Shown here piece after piece: positions 59,720-60,743 of a DNA stretch of 60,743 bases. Source of the DNA: a virus (Duplodnaviria > Caudoviricetes); IMG/VR virus record IMGVR_UViG_3300037851_000839, positions 1 through 60,743 of that record. One strand, given 5' to 3'. The position numbers and the translations under genes were made by a program. Each line of letters begins with the position of its first letter. Within the stretch, counting starts at the first letter, position 1. The notes under the pieces were generated by a model that made no database searches, was not told where the DNA came from, and saw only the letters and a list, made by a program, of their open reading frames with translations.

Positions 59720-60736
59720 TCACCCAGGAAGGTCTGCGGGCATGATGGCCGAGGCCCCCTCGAAGAGGCTCCGCGGCCAGAGACCAGAGGCCATCGCGTG
59801 ATCGCGTGTGCGCTGATAGCGCCCGGTCCGGATGTCGTCGTCCCAGCGCCCGAACGGGTTGTTCCCGAGCTTCTGGATGAGCAGCCTGGCGAACCCCGCC
59901 GGGTTCGACGATGGGTGGTGCGCACGAGCGGCTTCGCCGAGCGCCGCGCTGGCCGGCGTCGGACCGTTCACGCTGTTCGCGTGGTAGACGCACATCGCCA
60001 GGTCCAGTTCGGACGGGATGGAGTTCGTCCTCGGAGACGAGATTCCCTCGCGACCGTAGACGAGCGTGTCCGCCGTACCGAGGTCACCGATGCGACGACG
60101 CCGAACGCGTTCGATCAGGTGACCCATGCCGAAGTCGAGCTGGGTCTTCCACCCGACGGGATGCACGGTGACGTAGTGCCAGAGCAGCGCCCAGCGCCGG
60201 GCCTTCTCCCACGACGCGCCAGACTTCGGGACTTGGCCCATCGGGGCCGTGTAGGTCTCGCGGATCACGGCTCCGTGCGCCCGATCGCCGGCCTTGACCT
60301 GGATGACCTTCTTGCCCACCGAGACCGCTCGATCCTTCGCGTAGGCGAGGAACCCGCCTCGGTCGAACATGAACCCGTCGGACGCCAGCTCGCTCTCCAG
60401 CGCTCCCAGCGCTTCGTCGAAGGAGTCGTCGGATCCACGAAGCAGGCGCAGGTGCCCCAGGAGCGCCCAGAGCGATCCCTGGTCGTCTTCGGCGCGCCAG
60501 TCCTCTTCGACCAGCTCGCGTGGGAAGACCGCGATGTGCTGGTCCGGCCCTGCCGTCATGCAGGTGCCGTCGTAGGCCATCACGCGACCGAAGTAGCCGC
60601 CCGTTTCGACCTTGGTTGTGAGCCAGTACGCGCGCCCGACGTGGCCGTTGTGGGGGGTCGGGATGCGGACGCCGTCGGAGATGGAGGGACCGGAGAACGA
60701 ACGGAACTGGACCCACCTGACAGTCGGTTCGGACAC
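59720..60736 (-). CDS. Possible lysozyme-like hydrolase
   Basis: E.GG..G.V.AYDG..MTAG..Q pattern resembles lysozyme-superfamily active-site region; weak. Confidence 0.4.
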   Translation of the reverse strand: MSEPTVRWVQFRSFSGPSISDGVRIPTPHNGHVGRAYWLTTKVETGGYFGRVMAYDGTCMTAGPDQHIAVFPRELVEEDWRAEDDQGSLWALLGHLRLLRGSDDSFDEALGALESELASDGFMFDRGGFLAYAKDRAVSVGKKVIQVKAGDRAHGAVIRETYTAPMGQVPKSGASWEKARRWALLWHYVTVHPVGWKTQLDFGMGHLIERVRRRRIGDLGTADTLVYGREGISSPRTNSIPSELDLAMCVYHANSVNGPTPASAALGEAARAHHPSSNPAGFARLLIQKLGNNPFGRWDDDIRTGRYQRTRDHAMASGLWPRSLFEGASAIMPADLPG

Positions 60737-60743
60737 GGTGACC

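Noticed and set aside
1-60743. Stop-codon reassignment
   Set aside because: Conserved genes are intact under the standard code and no suppressor tRNA was found

Overview
GC-rich segment of a large tailed (T4-like head module) bacteriophage genome, almost entirely on the minus strand. In window order: neck/head genes (gp14- and gp13-like neck proteins, gp23-like major capsid protein, fused prohead protease-scaffold, gp20-like portal, terminase); recombination/replication genes (RuvC, PD-(D/E)XK nucleases, RecA, UvsW-like helicase, gp32-like SSB, primase, GroES-like protein, DnaB with intein, DnaC-like loader); accessory genes including a DNA methyltransferase; a ~12 kb tRNA array (about 35 intact tRNA genes read by eye) interleaved with Ro60/TROVE, RRM and HNH genes; then ParB-like, SNF2, KH-domain, UvrD and HUH Rep-like genes. 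The most striking observations are: (1) three Y-RNA-family RNAs, one an apparently circularly permuted version with a 7-bp acceptor stem and encoded ACCA end; (2) an endonuclease gene inserted antisense inside the methyltransferase while the methyltransferase frame stays open; (3) a tRNA-Lys(UUU) gene split by a cassette carrying an HNH gene plus a replacement tRNA-Lys(UUU). All calls are by-eye motif recognition, no searches were run, and tRNA coordinates may be off by 1-2 nt.
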